64,000 nt of DNA from Candidatus Bathyarchaeia archaeon. Its GTDB lineage: Bacteria > Hydrogenedentota > Hydrogenedentia > Hydrogenedentales > SLHB01. The notes beneath the pieces were generated by a model. It worked only from the letters and a program-made list of their open reading frames with translations, had not been told where the DNA came from and made no database searches. Both the position numbers and the translations under genes were made by a program. The first letter of the stretch is position 1, and every line of letters begins with the position of its first letter. Of this stretch, positions 42,800 to 51,266 are shown one piece after another. The stretch spans positions 597 to 64,596 of the forward strand of contig DATKVG010000128.1 in assembly GCA_035530195.1 (NCBI GenBank), read 5' to 3'.

Positions 42800-44718
42800 T
42801 GCCGCGGGAGGCCTTGCACCGGTTCGAGCACGACGGCAAACGGTTTGCCATCGACCCCGAGACGTGTTTTTGTTTCGAGTGCGACGCGATCTGCTGGGAC
42901 GTGCTCGAGCACTACGCGCAGGAGACCAGCAACCGGATCTTCCACCTTCTCAAAAACAAGTACAGCCTGAAAGAGTTGGAGGAAGTGGCGGGCGAACTCG
43001 AATGGCTGCGCGCATCCAAATCAATACTCAGGGCGCCCAAAAAGGAAGACCTGCTCAAACAGTTCGAGGTCGAACGCGGGCTGAAACGGGTGTCGGTGTC
43101 CTTGCCGCGGGAGACGGCGGAGCCCATACAGGCGCAGGCGCGGTGGTTTGGCCGGCCGGCGCGGGTGGTATCGTCGGGCGGGCGTGAAATCGGCCGTGGT
43201 GCGGTTTTGCTGCTGCTGGGCCGGTCGGGCGCGCAGAAAGAATTGCAGCTCGAATTTGTCGAAGAGGGGCACATACACCACCCTGAGTTGATTGCGGAAC
43301 TGTGCGGGTGGGCGTTGAACTCGGCGCGGCTTGCCGAGAAAACGCTGACGGTCTCGGTGCATGTCACGAACATTACCGTGGCGAAACTGCCCGAGGCGCT
43401 TGCGGGGCATACGCTGGGTGCGAAGCTCGAACTGACGAGGGCAGAGGGCGTCCTGGCGCACGTGAACGCGCTGGCGGCCGCTATCGGCGAGACGTTGCCG
43501 CGGTTGGCCAAAGCGCTCGAGCCGGACGCCAAAGACGCCGGCGGGCGTGTCGTTGTTCGGCCGAACCACCCCGGGTTTGGAGAAGTGGCGGAAACGCTGG
43601 ACGATTCCGGTTTCACGGGCATCGAGATTGATCTTGACGGTGCGTACGTGGCCAACCCGGGGCTGGAGCCGGGCGCAGTCACGGCCGCAATGGAAGAGAA
43701 CGCGCGCTATTACGCGGGGCGGCTGATGAAACACCATTACTTCCGGCTGGACCCGATTGCGCCGCTGTTCTGGCGGATCTATTCGGGCGCGCCGGTGGCG
43801 AGATCGGACTCCGCGGGTACCAACGAACTGGCGGTCGAGGGCGACGGCAGGATTTATCCGTCGATGCGGCTGTCGGGCAAAGAACCGTTTTGCCTGGGCA
43901 GTTTGACGGACGGGCTGGACGAGGAGAAAGTCCGGCCGTTTGAGGATGTGGGGGCGCTCACCACTCATCCATGCACGGGCTGTTGGGCGCGCAACCTCTG
44001 CGGCGGGGGCACGGCGGCGGTGCATTATGCGCTGGCGGGCTCGATTCGGACGCCACACCCGGCGTGGTGCGGCGGGCAGCGGGCGTGGATGCAGAGCGCG
44101 GTTTCGGCGTTTCAGGTGCTGTCCTCGGCGGGCATCCACTTTGAACGGGTTTACAGGATCCTTGGCCGGCGGGAGAAACCGTCGCTGTTCGCGCTGGCCA
44201 AGGCGGCGATTACGATGAGCATCGGCGTCCGGCCCATCGAAGAAGCCGACGCGGAACTGGTGACCAAATGGGAGAGCTGGAACGAGTCGGCCTACTTCCT
44301 GTTCAACGAATCGGGCGTGTACCTGGCAACGAAATACGACCGCGAGATGGACTCGCTCCATCCGCGGGGCATCGATCAGGAACTGATACTGCTGCGGAAA
44401 TCCGGCGAGCCGTTCGGGCTGCTCAAGCTGCGGCCCAAATGGGTCGGCGGGGCCGTGCTGGTTTGGGTGTACATGCGCGACGAGGCCGACTACGCCGCCG
44501 AGCCCATCCGCAAAAGTTTCCGCGCCATCCTCAAAGAGGCGGCCGGCCAGAGCAGCGTGCGCCAGATCGTCGTGCCGGTCTCGCCAAAGGAGAAGCCGCT
44601 GAGCGAGTTTTTATCTGCGGTGGGTTTTGGGGAAGTGGGCGCGATGCGCGATGCCCTGTACCTGCACGGAAAATACGAGGATGTCACGCTGTATGCGACC
44701 GCGCCAGACAGGCTTTAA
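42799..44718 (+). CDS. Radical-SAM-maturase-like protein lacking the CxxxCxxC motif, with a partial SPASM domain and a C-terminal RimJ/RimL-like GNAT domain
   Basis: The N-terminus LHRFEHDGKRFAIDPETCFCFECDAICWDVLEHY resembles the start of SCIFF/anSME-type peptide maturases. There is no CxxxCxxC anywhere. The SPASM-like region is FCLGS...HPCTGCWARNLCGGGT...AWCGG. The last ~190 aa (IGVRPIEEADAELVTKWESW...DALYLHGKYEDVTLYA) look like a GNAT. TGATG overlap with the permease stop. Confidence 0.75.
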   Translation: MPREALHRFEHDGKRFAIDPETCFCFECDAICWDVLEHYAQETSNRIFHLLKNKYSLKELEEVAGELEWLRASKSILRAPKKEDLLKQFEVERGLKRVSVSLPRETAEPIQAQARWFGRPARVVSSGGREIGRGAVLLLLGRSGAQKELQLEFVEEGHIHHPELIAELCGWALNSARLAEKTLTVSVHVTNITVAKLPEALAGHTLGAKLELTRAEGVLAHVNALAAAIGETLPRLAKALEPDAKDAGGRVVVRPNHPGFGEVAETLDDSGFTGIEIDLDGAYVANPGLEPGAVTAAMEENARYYAGRLMKHHYFRLDPIAPLFWRIYSGAPVARSDSAGTNELAVEGDGRIYPSMRLSGKEPFCLGSLTDGLDEEKVRPFEDVGALTTHPCTGCWARNLCGGGTAAVHYALAGSIRTPHPAWCGGQRAWMQSAVSAFQVLSSAGIHFERVYRILGRREKPSLFALAKAAITMSIGVRPIEEADAELVTKWESWNESAYFLFNESGVYLATKYDREMDSLHPRGIDQELILLRKSGEPFGLLKLRPKWVGGAVLVWVYMRDEADYAAEPIRKSFRAILKEAAGQSSVRQIVVPVSPKEKPLSEFLSAVGFGEVGAMRDALYLHGKYEDVTLYATAPDRL

Positions 44719-44757
44719 TCCAAGAGAAGCAAGAGACGCAAAGGCGTCAGGCGGTTT

Positions 44758-45297
44758 ATGGAGATTGTGGTGAACGAAACGGCTGGTAGCAGAGATCCGT
44801 GGCGGGCGGCGGCGTTTGGTTTGTGGGAGTTGTTTTTTTTGGTGGGCCTGCTTCCGGAACCGGTGTTTCGGTTGCTGCGTGATGCGGGCGCGGTACTGCC
44901 TCAGCGGGCCGTCGTCAATTCGCCGTACGCGATCACGATTGGGCTGGCGGGTTTTCTCGCCGTGTTTGCCTACAACCAGTGCCGCAGGCACGGGCTGTCG
45001 CACGGCGAAGCGGGGGACAAGTCGCTGCAGTATGCGGTCGTGGCGCTGGTCGCGTTTCTCCCGGTGGATTTTATCGGGGTGCTGAACGTCATCGGAAACG
45101 AGCTTGTTCGGAACCGGTCGACCATCTATCTTTCGACGGCGGCCAAATCGGTGGCCTGGCTTTATCTGATGATGCTTATATGCAAGTACTACCTTGGGAA
45201 CGATTCGGCGTTTATGAGCATGCCATCGTTTTTCCCAAGCACGCGCCGAGGCGCGAAGGGCGGTGGCGGTAGTGGCGGGTCGGTTGAAGGGGTGTAA
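44758..45297 (+). CDS. Hypothetical integral membrane protein (about 4 TM) with a Gly-rich tail
   Basis: Hydrophobic segments FGLWELFFLVGLL, ITIGLAGFLAVFAY, AVVALVAFLPVDFIGVL and VAWLYLMMLICKYY. It starts 40 nt downstream of the fusion gene. Confidence 0.55.
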   Translation: MEIVVNETAGSRDPWRAAAFGLWELFFLVGLLPEPVFRLLRDAGAVLPQRAVVNSPYAITIGLAGFLAVFAYNQCRRHGLSHGEAGDKSLQYAVVALVAFLPVDFIGVLNVIGNELVRNRSTIYLSTAAKSVAWLYLMMLICKYYLGNDSAFMSMPSFFPSTRRGAKGGGGSGGSVEGV

Positions 45298-45545
45298 GCG
45301 GCGGGCCAGTTATTTGTAATCTTCCTTACATATTTTCTGAGCGTTTAGGCATGGGTTTGAGTGTTTAAAACGAGAAACGGCGGGTTGACACCCGTATTTT
45401 ATTTCGGTAAGATGTTGTTTTATAAGAGTTTGTGGCGGTGAGGCGTGTTGGCGTCATCAGTAGGCGGGCGTCTTGCGTTGAAGCTTGTAATAGCATTAAA
45501 CTAACCGTGAAGTTCCTGAGCGGGGGCTTCAGGCGGGGAGTGTGA

Positions 45546-46532
45546 ATGAACCGCTTGATGTTGTTAGGCTTCCTGCTTGCCACAGCGACGGCACAAGGCA
45601 GTGGGACGTTGCAACTTGGCGAGCCTACAGTTGAACAAGATCGTATCACGGTACCTGTCGTGCTTGGCGGCGACTTGAGCGGCGGTGTTTCGGCGATGGA
45701 TTTTCGGTTTCGCTACAACCCGGAGGCGTTGCAGCCGGTATCGGTGGTTGCGGGCACGGCGGCTGAGCGCGCCGACAAACGGGTGATGAGCAACCAGCGG
45801 ACGCCGGGCGAGTACGCGGTGGTGATGATGGGCTTCAATCAGTCGTCGTGCGGGCCGGGCGAGGCCATTCGGATTGTGCTGCAGCGTCTGCAAGGGCCGG
45901 ACCAGAAGTGGGACCTGAGCCTGAGCGACCCGACGATGTCGAGTGTGGATGGGCGGCTGATTGAAAGCCAGGTGCTGCCATCGGACATCGAGCCGGCGCG
46001 AGAGGTTGACCAGGGTCAGGAAGAAGAGGAGACGGGGCGTCAACCACGACTTCCGGAGGTGGATACGGGCGCGGAGGAGGCGGGACCGGTGAAAGAACTG
46101 GCGGCGCCGCAGGGTGCAGGCTATGATGCGCCTATGGACGGACCGGTCGCGGAAGGGGCGTCAAGAACCGCGGCGGCTGAAAGTCTGAAAGCCGCCTTGC
46201 AGTCGGCCGAAGAGGTGCGGCAAGGAATTGAGTCGCCGGAACAGAATCCGGCCGATCAGCTTGAGGGGCTGGGGCAAGAAGCCGGTGTCGTGGGCGAAAC
46301 GGGATTGAACGTGGCCACCGAGAGCGGCGGCCGAATAGATACAGCAGGTGTTACAGCTTCGGGTAGGATGTCGCCCGATCAGGCTTTGCGGAACAATACA
46401 GTTGAACCTCAGTCGGGAACCAACGCGGTGGAACGGCGTGGCGGAACCTATATGCCGTTTGCGGTAGCGGGTTTTTGCGTGTTAGCGTTGGCGGCCGTCC
46501 TTGTGTGGCGGCGGTCCAGACTGATTGGCTAA
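45546..46532 (+). CDS. Exported cohesin-like domain protein with an acidic linker and a C-terminal TM anchor
   Basis: It has a signal peptide. ITVPVVLGGDLSGGVSAMDFRFRYNPEALQPVSVVAG...YAVVMMGF resembles the cohesin fold signature. The C-terminus is MPFAVAGFCVLALAAVLVWRRSR. Confidence 0.55.
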   Translation: MNRLMLLGFLLATATAQGSGTLQLGEPTVEQDRITVPVVLGGDLSGGVSAMDFRFRYNPEALQPVSVVAGTAAERADKRVMSNQRTPGEYAVVMMGFNQSSCGPGEAIRIVLQRLQGPDQKWDLSLSDPTMSSVDGRLIESQVLPSDIEPAREVDQGQEEEETGRQPRLPEVDTGAEEAGPVKELAAPQGAGYDAPMDGPVAEGASRTAAAESLKAALQSAEEVRQGIESPEQNPADQLEGLGQEAGVVGETGLNVATESGGRIDTAGVTASGRMSPDQALRNNTVEPQSGTNAVERRGGTYMPFAVAGFCVLALAAVLVWRRSRLIG

Positions 46533-46645
46533 GAGCTTCCCCCGAAGAGAGGATGCCTAATCCTCTGCGGATCTCTAACGCACGTTAGAGTGACGCACCT
46601 CACCGGAGATGCCGGGCGCCCCCTCCCGGCATCTCCACCCCCATT

Positions 46646-46737
46646 TTTAGACTCTTTGTTCGCGACATCTGCGCACGACGCGTAGAGGTTGGCTTAAGGT
46701 GGCGAACAAAGATTCTAATTGCGGCTTCTTAGCCGCC
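46646..46737. repeat. Family-G structured element, copy 2 (inverted relative to 17930-18021)
   Basis: tttagactctttgttcgcgac...ggcgaacaaagattctaattgcggcttcttagccgcc is near-identical to the reverse complement of copy 1. Confidence 0.6.
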
Positions 46738-46826
46738 GTATGGATTTTTTTCTTTCCTTTGAACGAAACGCTGGTAAACAGATCGTTGTTTGATCTATTC
46801 TGTTTGCAAGGGAGGCACGGGAAACA

Positions 46827-47276
46827 ATGCATGACTGGAAAGAGGTCAGGCTGGTGGAAATACTCCTGGTAGAAGACAGCCCCGGCGACGTCCGCCTCAC
46901 GATTGAAGCACTCAAAGAGGCCAAGGTGAACAACCGGCTGAACGTGGTGGGCGACGGGGTGGAAGCGCTCGAGTATCTGCGCCGCCAAGGCAAATATGCA
47001 GACGCCGCGAGGCCGGACGTGGTGCTCCTGGACCTGAATCTGCCCCGGAAAGACGGGCGGAAGGTGCTGGTGGAGATGAAGGAAGATCCGGACTTGAAAG
47101 TGATCCCGATAGTGGTGTTGACGACGTCGCACGCCGAGGAAGACGTCCTGAAGTCTTACGAGAACCATGCGAACTGTTACATCACGAAGCCGGTGGATTT
47201 CCAGCAGTTCCTTCGCGTGGTCCAGAGCATAGAAGATTTCTGGCTCAGCGTGGTCCGGCTTCCCCCCAAATCCTGA
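46827..47276 (+). CDS. Single-domain response regulator (receiver only, Rcp1/CheY-like)
   Basis: [29 protein letters not shown] and ITKP are the canonical receiver residues. Confidence 0.85.
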   Translation: MHDWKEVRLVEILLVEDSPGDVRLTIEALKEAKVNNRLNVVGDGVEALEYLRRQGKYADAARPDVVLLDLNLPRKDGRKVLVEMKEDPDLKVIPIVVLTTSHAEEDVLKSYENHANCYITKPVDFQQFLRVVQSIEDFWLSVVRLPPKS

Positions 47277-47488
47277 TCGCCGTTGTTCACGACGGTTTCA
47301 ATGCAGGCTCATTGGGCATTTCTCCCCGGTCCGGAGCAGGCGCGGGCAGCCTCGATTCAACTTGTTCATTCTGCCTTCACATCCCTTTGTGTCACCTGTT
47401 CTATAAGGGCAACAAGCAGGGCCAGATGCTTATTGCCTGGTGCTCAAGCCGGCGATATGATACCTCCGGCGAAAAGAGGATTGTTGCC

Positions 47489-49495
47489 ATGTTGCCGTTT
47501 GCACTGCTTCTTGCGGCCGGTGTGCTGAGCCAAGCCGCAACACCGTTACCGGCCGAGTTGGCCGAAGCCGCCGCCTGGGCGGGAGCGAAGTTCGAGGGCA
47601 TTGAACAGCCCGCCCCGTATGCCTTTGACACCGGTCCTTTTTTCGGGACGCCGGATTTTGTGCGGGGCGTCGCGGGATGGGCGGTTGAGCGAGGCAAGCG
47701 GCAAATTGATCCGGCCCGAACCGGCCATACGATCGTTTACCGCGACCCCGCGACCGGGCTTGCGATCCGGTGCGAGGGCGTGGTCTACAGCGATTTTCCG
47801 ACGGTCGAGTGGACGCTCTTTTTGAAGAATGAGGGGACAGCGCCGGTTCCGCTGAAGGATGTGCTGGCGATTAGGACGGGTTTCCGCAAGGAGCCCGGCA
47901 AGAGGTTTGTCCTTTATCACCACTCGGGGGACAATTGCACCGCCGACAGCTACGAACCGCATGTCACCGAGCTGGTGGCCACGGAGAAATTGCGGCTCGC
48001 CAACACCGGCGGCCGGCCCACCCAGACCACCTTCCCGTATTTCAACGTCTCGGCGGGCAACAAAGGCGTGATTTTTGTTGTTGCATGGCCGGGGCAGTGG
48101 TTTGCGGAGTTCGCACGGAACTCCGGCAACTCCCTGACGCTTGCCGCGGGGCAGGATCGGGTGCAACTCGACCTGCAGCCGGGCGAGGAAATCCGCACGC
48201 CGCTGATCGTGCTCCAGTTCTGGCACGGGGAAGGCGAGGCGGGGCGCGTTCGGTCGCAGAACGTGTGGCGGGCCTGGATGATCGCGCACAACATCCCGCG
48301 GCCCGGCGGGAACCTGCCGCCGCTGCCGCAGTTGGCCGCGTGCAGCAGCCACCAGTTCGGCGAGATGATCCACGCCGATTCGGAAAGCCAGAAGTTTTTC
48401 GTGAGCAAATACCTCGAGCGCGGGTTCAAACTGGCGTACTGGTGGATGGACGCGGGCTGGTACTGGTGCGACGGGCAATGGCCAAAAACGGGGACGTGGG
48501 AAGTCGATACGAGCCGGTTCCCGGGCGGGCTTCGTCCGATCAGCGATTTTGCGCTCGAGCGCGGCGTGCACACGCTGGTGTGGTTCGAGCCGGAGCGCGT
48601 CCATAGCGGGACGTGGCTGGCGGATCAGCGGCCGCAATGGGTGCATGGCGGGAAGGACGGCGGGCTGCTGGACCTGGGCAACCCCGAGGTGCGCGCCTGG
48701 CTCACGGACCACGTCGACGGTCTGCTCAACAGCGAAGGGATTCACCTGTACCGCCAGGATTTCAACATCGACCCGCTCGAGTTCTGGAGGAAAAACGATG
48801 CGCCCGGCCGCCGGGGCATCACGGAGATCCGCCACGTCGAGGGTTACCTGGCGTACTGGGACGAATTGCGGCGGCGTCATCCGGATATGCTCATTGATTC
48901 ATGCGCCAGCGGCGGGCGGCGAAACGATCTCGAGACGCTGCGGCGTGCGGTGCCGCTGCTGCGGAGCGATTACATCATGGAACCGGTCGGCAACCAGTGC
49001 CATACCTGGGCGCTGGCGCAATGGTTTCCGTTTTACGGCACCGGCACCTCAAAAACCGATCCATACCTGATCCAGAGCACGTTATGCCCGCATTTCACCG
49101 CGTGCTGGGATATGCGCGACGCGACGATCGATTACGAGGGGATCCGGCGAATCATCGACCAGTGGACCGAGGTGGCGCCGTGCTATTTCGGCGACTACTA
49201 CGCGCTGACGCCGTATTCGCTCGCAGAGGATCAGTGGATCGCGTGGCAGTTCGACCTGCCGGGCGAAGGCAGGGGATTTGTCCAGGCGTTCCGGCGCGGA
49301 GGCTGCGAGGGCGAGTCTGTCAAGCTGAAACTGCAGGGGCTGGACGCGGAAGCGGCCTATACCCTTTGCGATGCAAGCCAGCCTGAACAGGTGAAGACAT
49401 ATACGGGCGCGGAGTTGCTTGCCGCCGGCTTTGATTTGCCTATTACGCAAAAACCCGGCGCAGTACTCTGGAAATACAGCAAAGTTGCTCAATAA
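47489..49495 (+). CDS. GH36-like alpha-galactosidase, exported
   Basis: KLAYWWMDAGWY, WFEPERV, LYRQDFNIDP and DSCASGGRRNDLETL. Signal peptide MLPFALLLAAGVLSQA, with AAGAGGA upstream of the ATG at 47489. The ORF track starts at 47312. Confidence 0.75.
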   Translation: MLPFALLLAAGVLSQAATPLPAELAEAAAWAGAKFEGIEQPAPYAFDTGPFFGTPDFVRGVAGWAVERGKRQIDPARTGHTIVYRDPATGLAIRCEGVVYSDFPTVEWTLFLKNEGTAPVPLKDVLAIRTGFRKEPGKRFVLYHHSGDNCTADSYEPHVTELVATEKLRLANTGGRPTQTTFPYFNVSAGNKGVIFVVAWPGQWFAEFARNSGNSLTLAAGQDRVQLDLQPGEEIRTPLIVLQFWHGEGEAGRVRSQNVWRAWMIAHNIPRPGGNLPPLPQLAACSSHQFGEMIHADSESQKFFVSKYLERGFKLAYWWMDAGWYWCDGQWPKTGTWEVDTSRFPGGLRPISDFALERGVHTLVWFEPERVHSGTWLADQRPQWVHGGKDGGLLDLGNPEVRAWLTDHVDGLLNSEGIHLYRQDFNIDPLEFWRKNDAPGRRGITEIRHVEGYLAYWDELRRRHPDMLIDSCASGGRRNDLETLRRAVPLLRSDYIMEPVGNQCHTWALAQWFPFYGTGTSKTDPYLIQSTLCPHFTACWDMRDATIDYEGIRRIIDQWTEVAPCYFGDYYALTPYSLAEDQWIAWQFDLPGEGRGFVQAFRRGGCEGESVKLKLQGLDAEAAYTLCDASQPEQVKTYTGAELLAAGFDLPITQKPGAVLWKYSKVAQ

Positions 49496-49500
49496 GGATG

Positions 49501-49633
49501 TGCAGGCGGGACGCCCGCACCACAATAAGTTCGAAGTCCGAAGTGCGAAGTTTGTCTGGACGGGAATGCAGGCGGGACGCCCGCACCACAACAGCGGCGT
49601 TTTTCTAATTGTGGTGCGGGCGTCTCGCCTGCA
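49501..49633. repeat. Family-C elements: TGCAGGCGGGACGCCCGCACCACAA at 49501-49525 and 49567-49591, inverted copy at 49609-49633
   Basis: Read directly. The last two copies form a ~25-bp-stem hairpin with one mismatch. Confidence 0.7.
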
Positions 49634-49689
49634 CGCGGTTTTGTGCTAGAATGGGCCGCATTGGTGAAGACATTGTAGGAGAAGAATCA

Positions 49690-51123
49690 ATGAACAAGCG
49701 GACAATTTCACGACGCCATTTCCTGGCCGGTGCGGCGGCTGCCGGTGCGGCCGTAAGCCTGTTCCCCGGGCGGGTGCTGGGGGCGAACGAGCGGGTCAAC
49801 ATCGGCATCATCGGGCAGGGCGGAAAAGGCAGCGCCCATTTCGCCGATTTCAGCAAAGTGCCTAACTGTCAGATCATTGCCGTGTGCGACGCCGACAAAA
49901 AGGCGCTGGCAAAACCGCAGGTGCCGGAAAGCGTGAAGCGGTTCCAGGACCTGCGCCAGTTGCTCGAAATGAAAGACATCGACGCGGTCGTGATCGCCGC
50001 GCCTGACCATTGGCATTGTTTAGCGGCGATCCTCGCGTTCCAGGCGGGCAAACACGCGTACGTCGAGAAACCGGTGAGCCACTACGTGTGGGAAGGCCGG
50101 AAGATGGTCGAGGCGGCCCGCAAATACAACAAGATCGTTCAGGCGGGTGTGCAGCAGCGGTCGTGCCCGGCCGTGCAGGAATGCGCAAAAGATGTCCAGG
50201 CCGGGGCATTCGGCAAAGTGCTTTGGGCACATTGTTACAAGACGGACTCGCGCAAGCCTATCGGGAAGGTGGACGGGCCGCAACCCGTGCCCGAGACGGT
50301 CGATTACAACCTGTGGGCGGGCCCGGCGCCGATGTCGCCGGTGATGCGCAAGAGTTTTCACTACGACTGGCACTGGCAGTGGAACTGGGGCACCGGCGAG
50401 ATGGGCAACTGGGGCGTGCATTACCTCGACGACCTGCGCCACATCCTCGGGTGGGACGACGTCCCCACCAACGCGATGGCAGCGGGCAACCGGTGGTGGG
50501 ACGACGACGGCGAGACGCCCAACATGCACATGTGCCTGATGGAACACAAGGGCGTGAAGGTCGTGATCGACATCCGCAATATGGCCGACCCGGGCCGCGG
50601 CGGCGACGAGGGCGCCGTGTATCTCAAAAGCCGCGGTGGAAACTACATCATGTGCGAAGGCGGGCACATCGCCATCTCGCGCGGCGGCGGCAAGGTCTTC
50701 GATAAAGACGGCAAGATGATCAAGCAGTACAAAGGCACCGGCGGCGCGGGCCACGACGTAAACTGGATCGAAGCCATCCGCGCAGGCTCAAACAAGACCC
50801 TCGCGGCCGAGATCGAAGTCGGCCACCAGAGCACGGTGCTATGCCACCTGGCCAACCTGTCATGGCGCGTTGGCAATGCGACTACCATCGACGAGATCCG
50901 CGAAAACGCCAAGAACCACGAGGATGCGCTGAACACGATCGAACACATGATGGTGCAGCTCGATAACAACAAGGTCGACCTCAAGGCTAAACCGTGGATC
51001 GCCGGGCCGAAACTCACTTACGACACGAAGGCCGAGAAATTCACCGGCGACCACGCCGACCACGCCAACAAATTCATCCGGCTCCCGTGCAGAGCCCCGT
51101 TCGTCGTGCCGGAACAAGCCTAG
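49690..51123 (+). CDS. Gfo/Idh/MocA family oxidoreductase with a twin-arginine signal
   Basis: MNKRTISRRHFLAGAAAAGAAVS, IGIIGQGGKGSAH and DAVVIAAPDHWH. It is a paralogue of 16118..17575. AGGAGAAG lies upstream of the ATG at 49690. Confidence 0.85.
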   Translation: MNKRTISRRHFLAGAAAAGAAVSLFPGRVLGANERVNIGIIGQGGKGSAHFADFSKVPNCQIIAVCDADKKALAKPQVPESVKRFQDLRQLLEMKDIDAVVIAAPDHWHCLAAILAFQAGKHAYVEKPVSHYVWEGRKMVEAARKYNKIVQAGVQQRSCPAVQECAKDVQAGAFGKVLWAHCYKTDSRKPIGKVDGPQPVPETVDYNLWAGPAPMSPVMRKSFHYDWHWQWNWGTGEMGNWGVHYLDDLRHILGWDDVPTNAMAAGNRWWDDDGETPNMHMCLMEHKGVKVVIDIRNMADPGRGGDEGAVYLKSRGGNYIMCEGGHIAISRGGGKVFDKDGKMIKQYKGTGGAGHDVNWIEAIRAGSNKTLAAEIEVGHQSTVLCHLANLSWRVGNATTIDEIRENAKNHEDALNTIEHMMVQLDNNKVDLKAKPWIAGPKLTYDTKAEKFTGDHADHANKFIRLPCRAPFVVPEQA

Positions 51124-51140
51124 GGTTATATTTAACGCTG

Positions 51141-51180
51141 AGGCGCAGAGAGACGCATGTCCCTCTGCGCCTTCTGCTTA
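51141..51180 (+). terminator. Possible terminator hairpin after the oxidoreductase gene
   Basis: aggcgcagag-N12-ctctgcgcct is a perfect 10-bp stem. The downstream tail tctgctta is only weakly U-rich. Confidence 0.4.
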
Positions 51181-51197
51181 ATGAAAGGTGTGGCAGA

Positions 51198-51242
51198 GTG
51201 GACACAGTGGACTTTGTGGACACGGTGGACATTGTGGACAAG
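51198..51242. repeat. 9-bp periodic array GTGGACNNN x5 (gtggacaca gtggacttt gtggacacg gtggacatt gtggacaag)
   Basis: Read directly. It has the same word and period as 30041-30085. Confidence 0.7.
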
Positions 51243-51266
51243 CAAAATCGGCGGGGAGCGAGCGTG

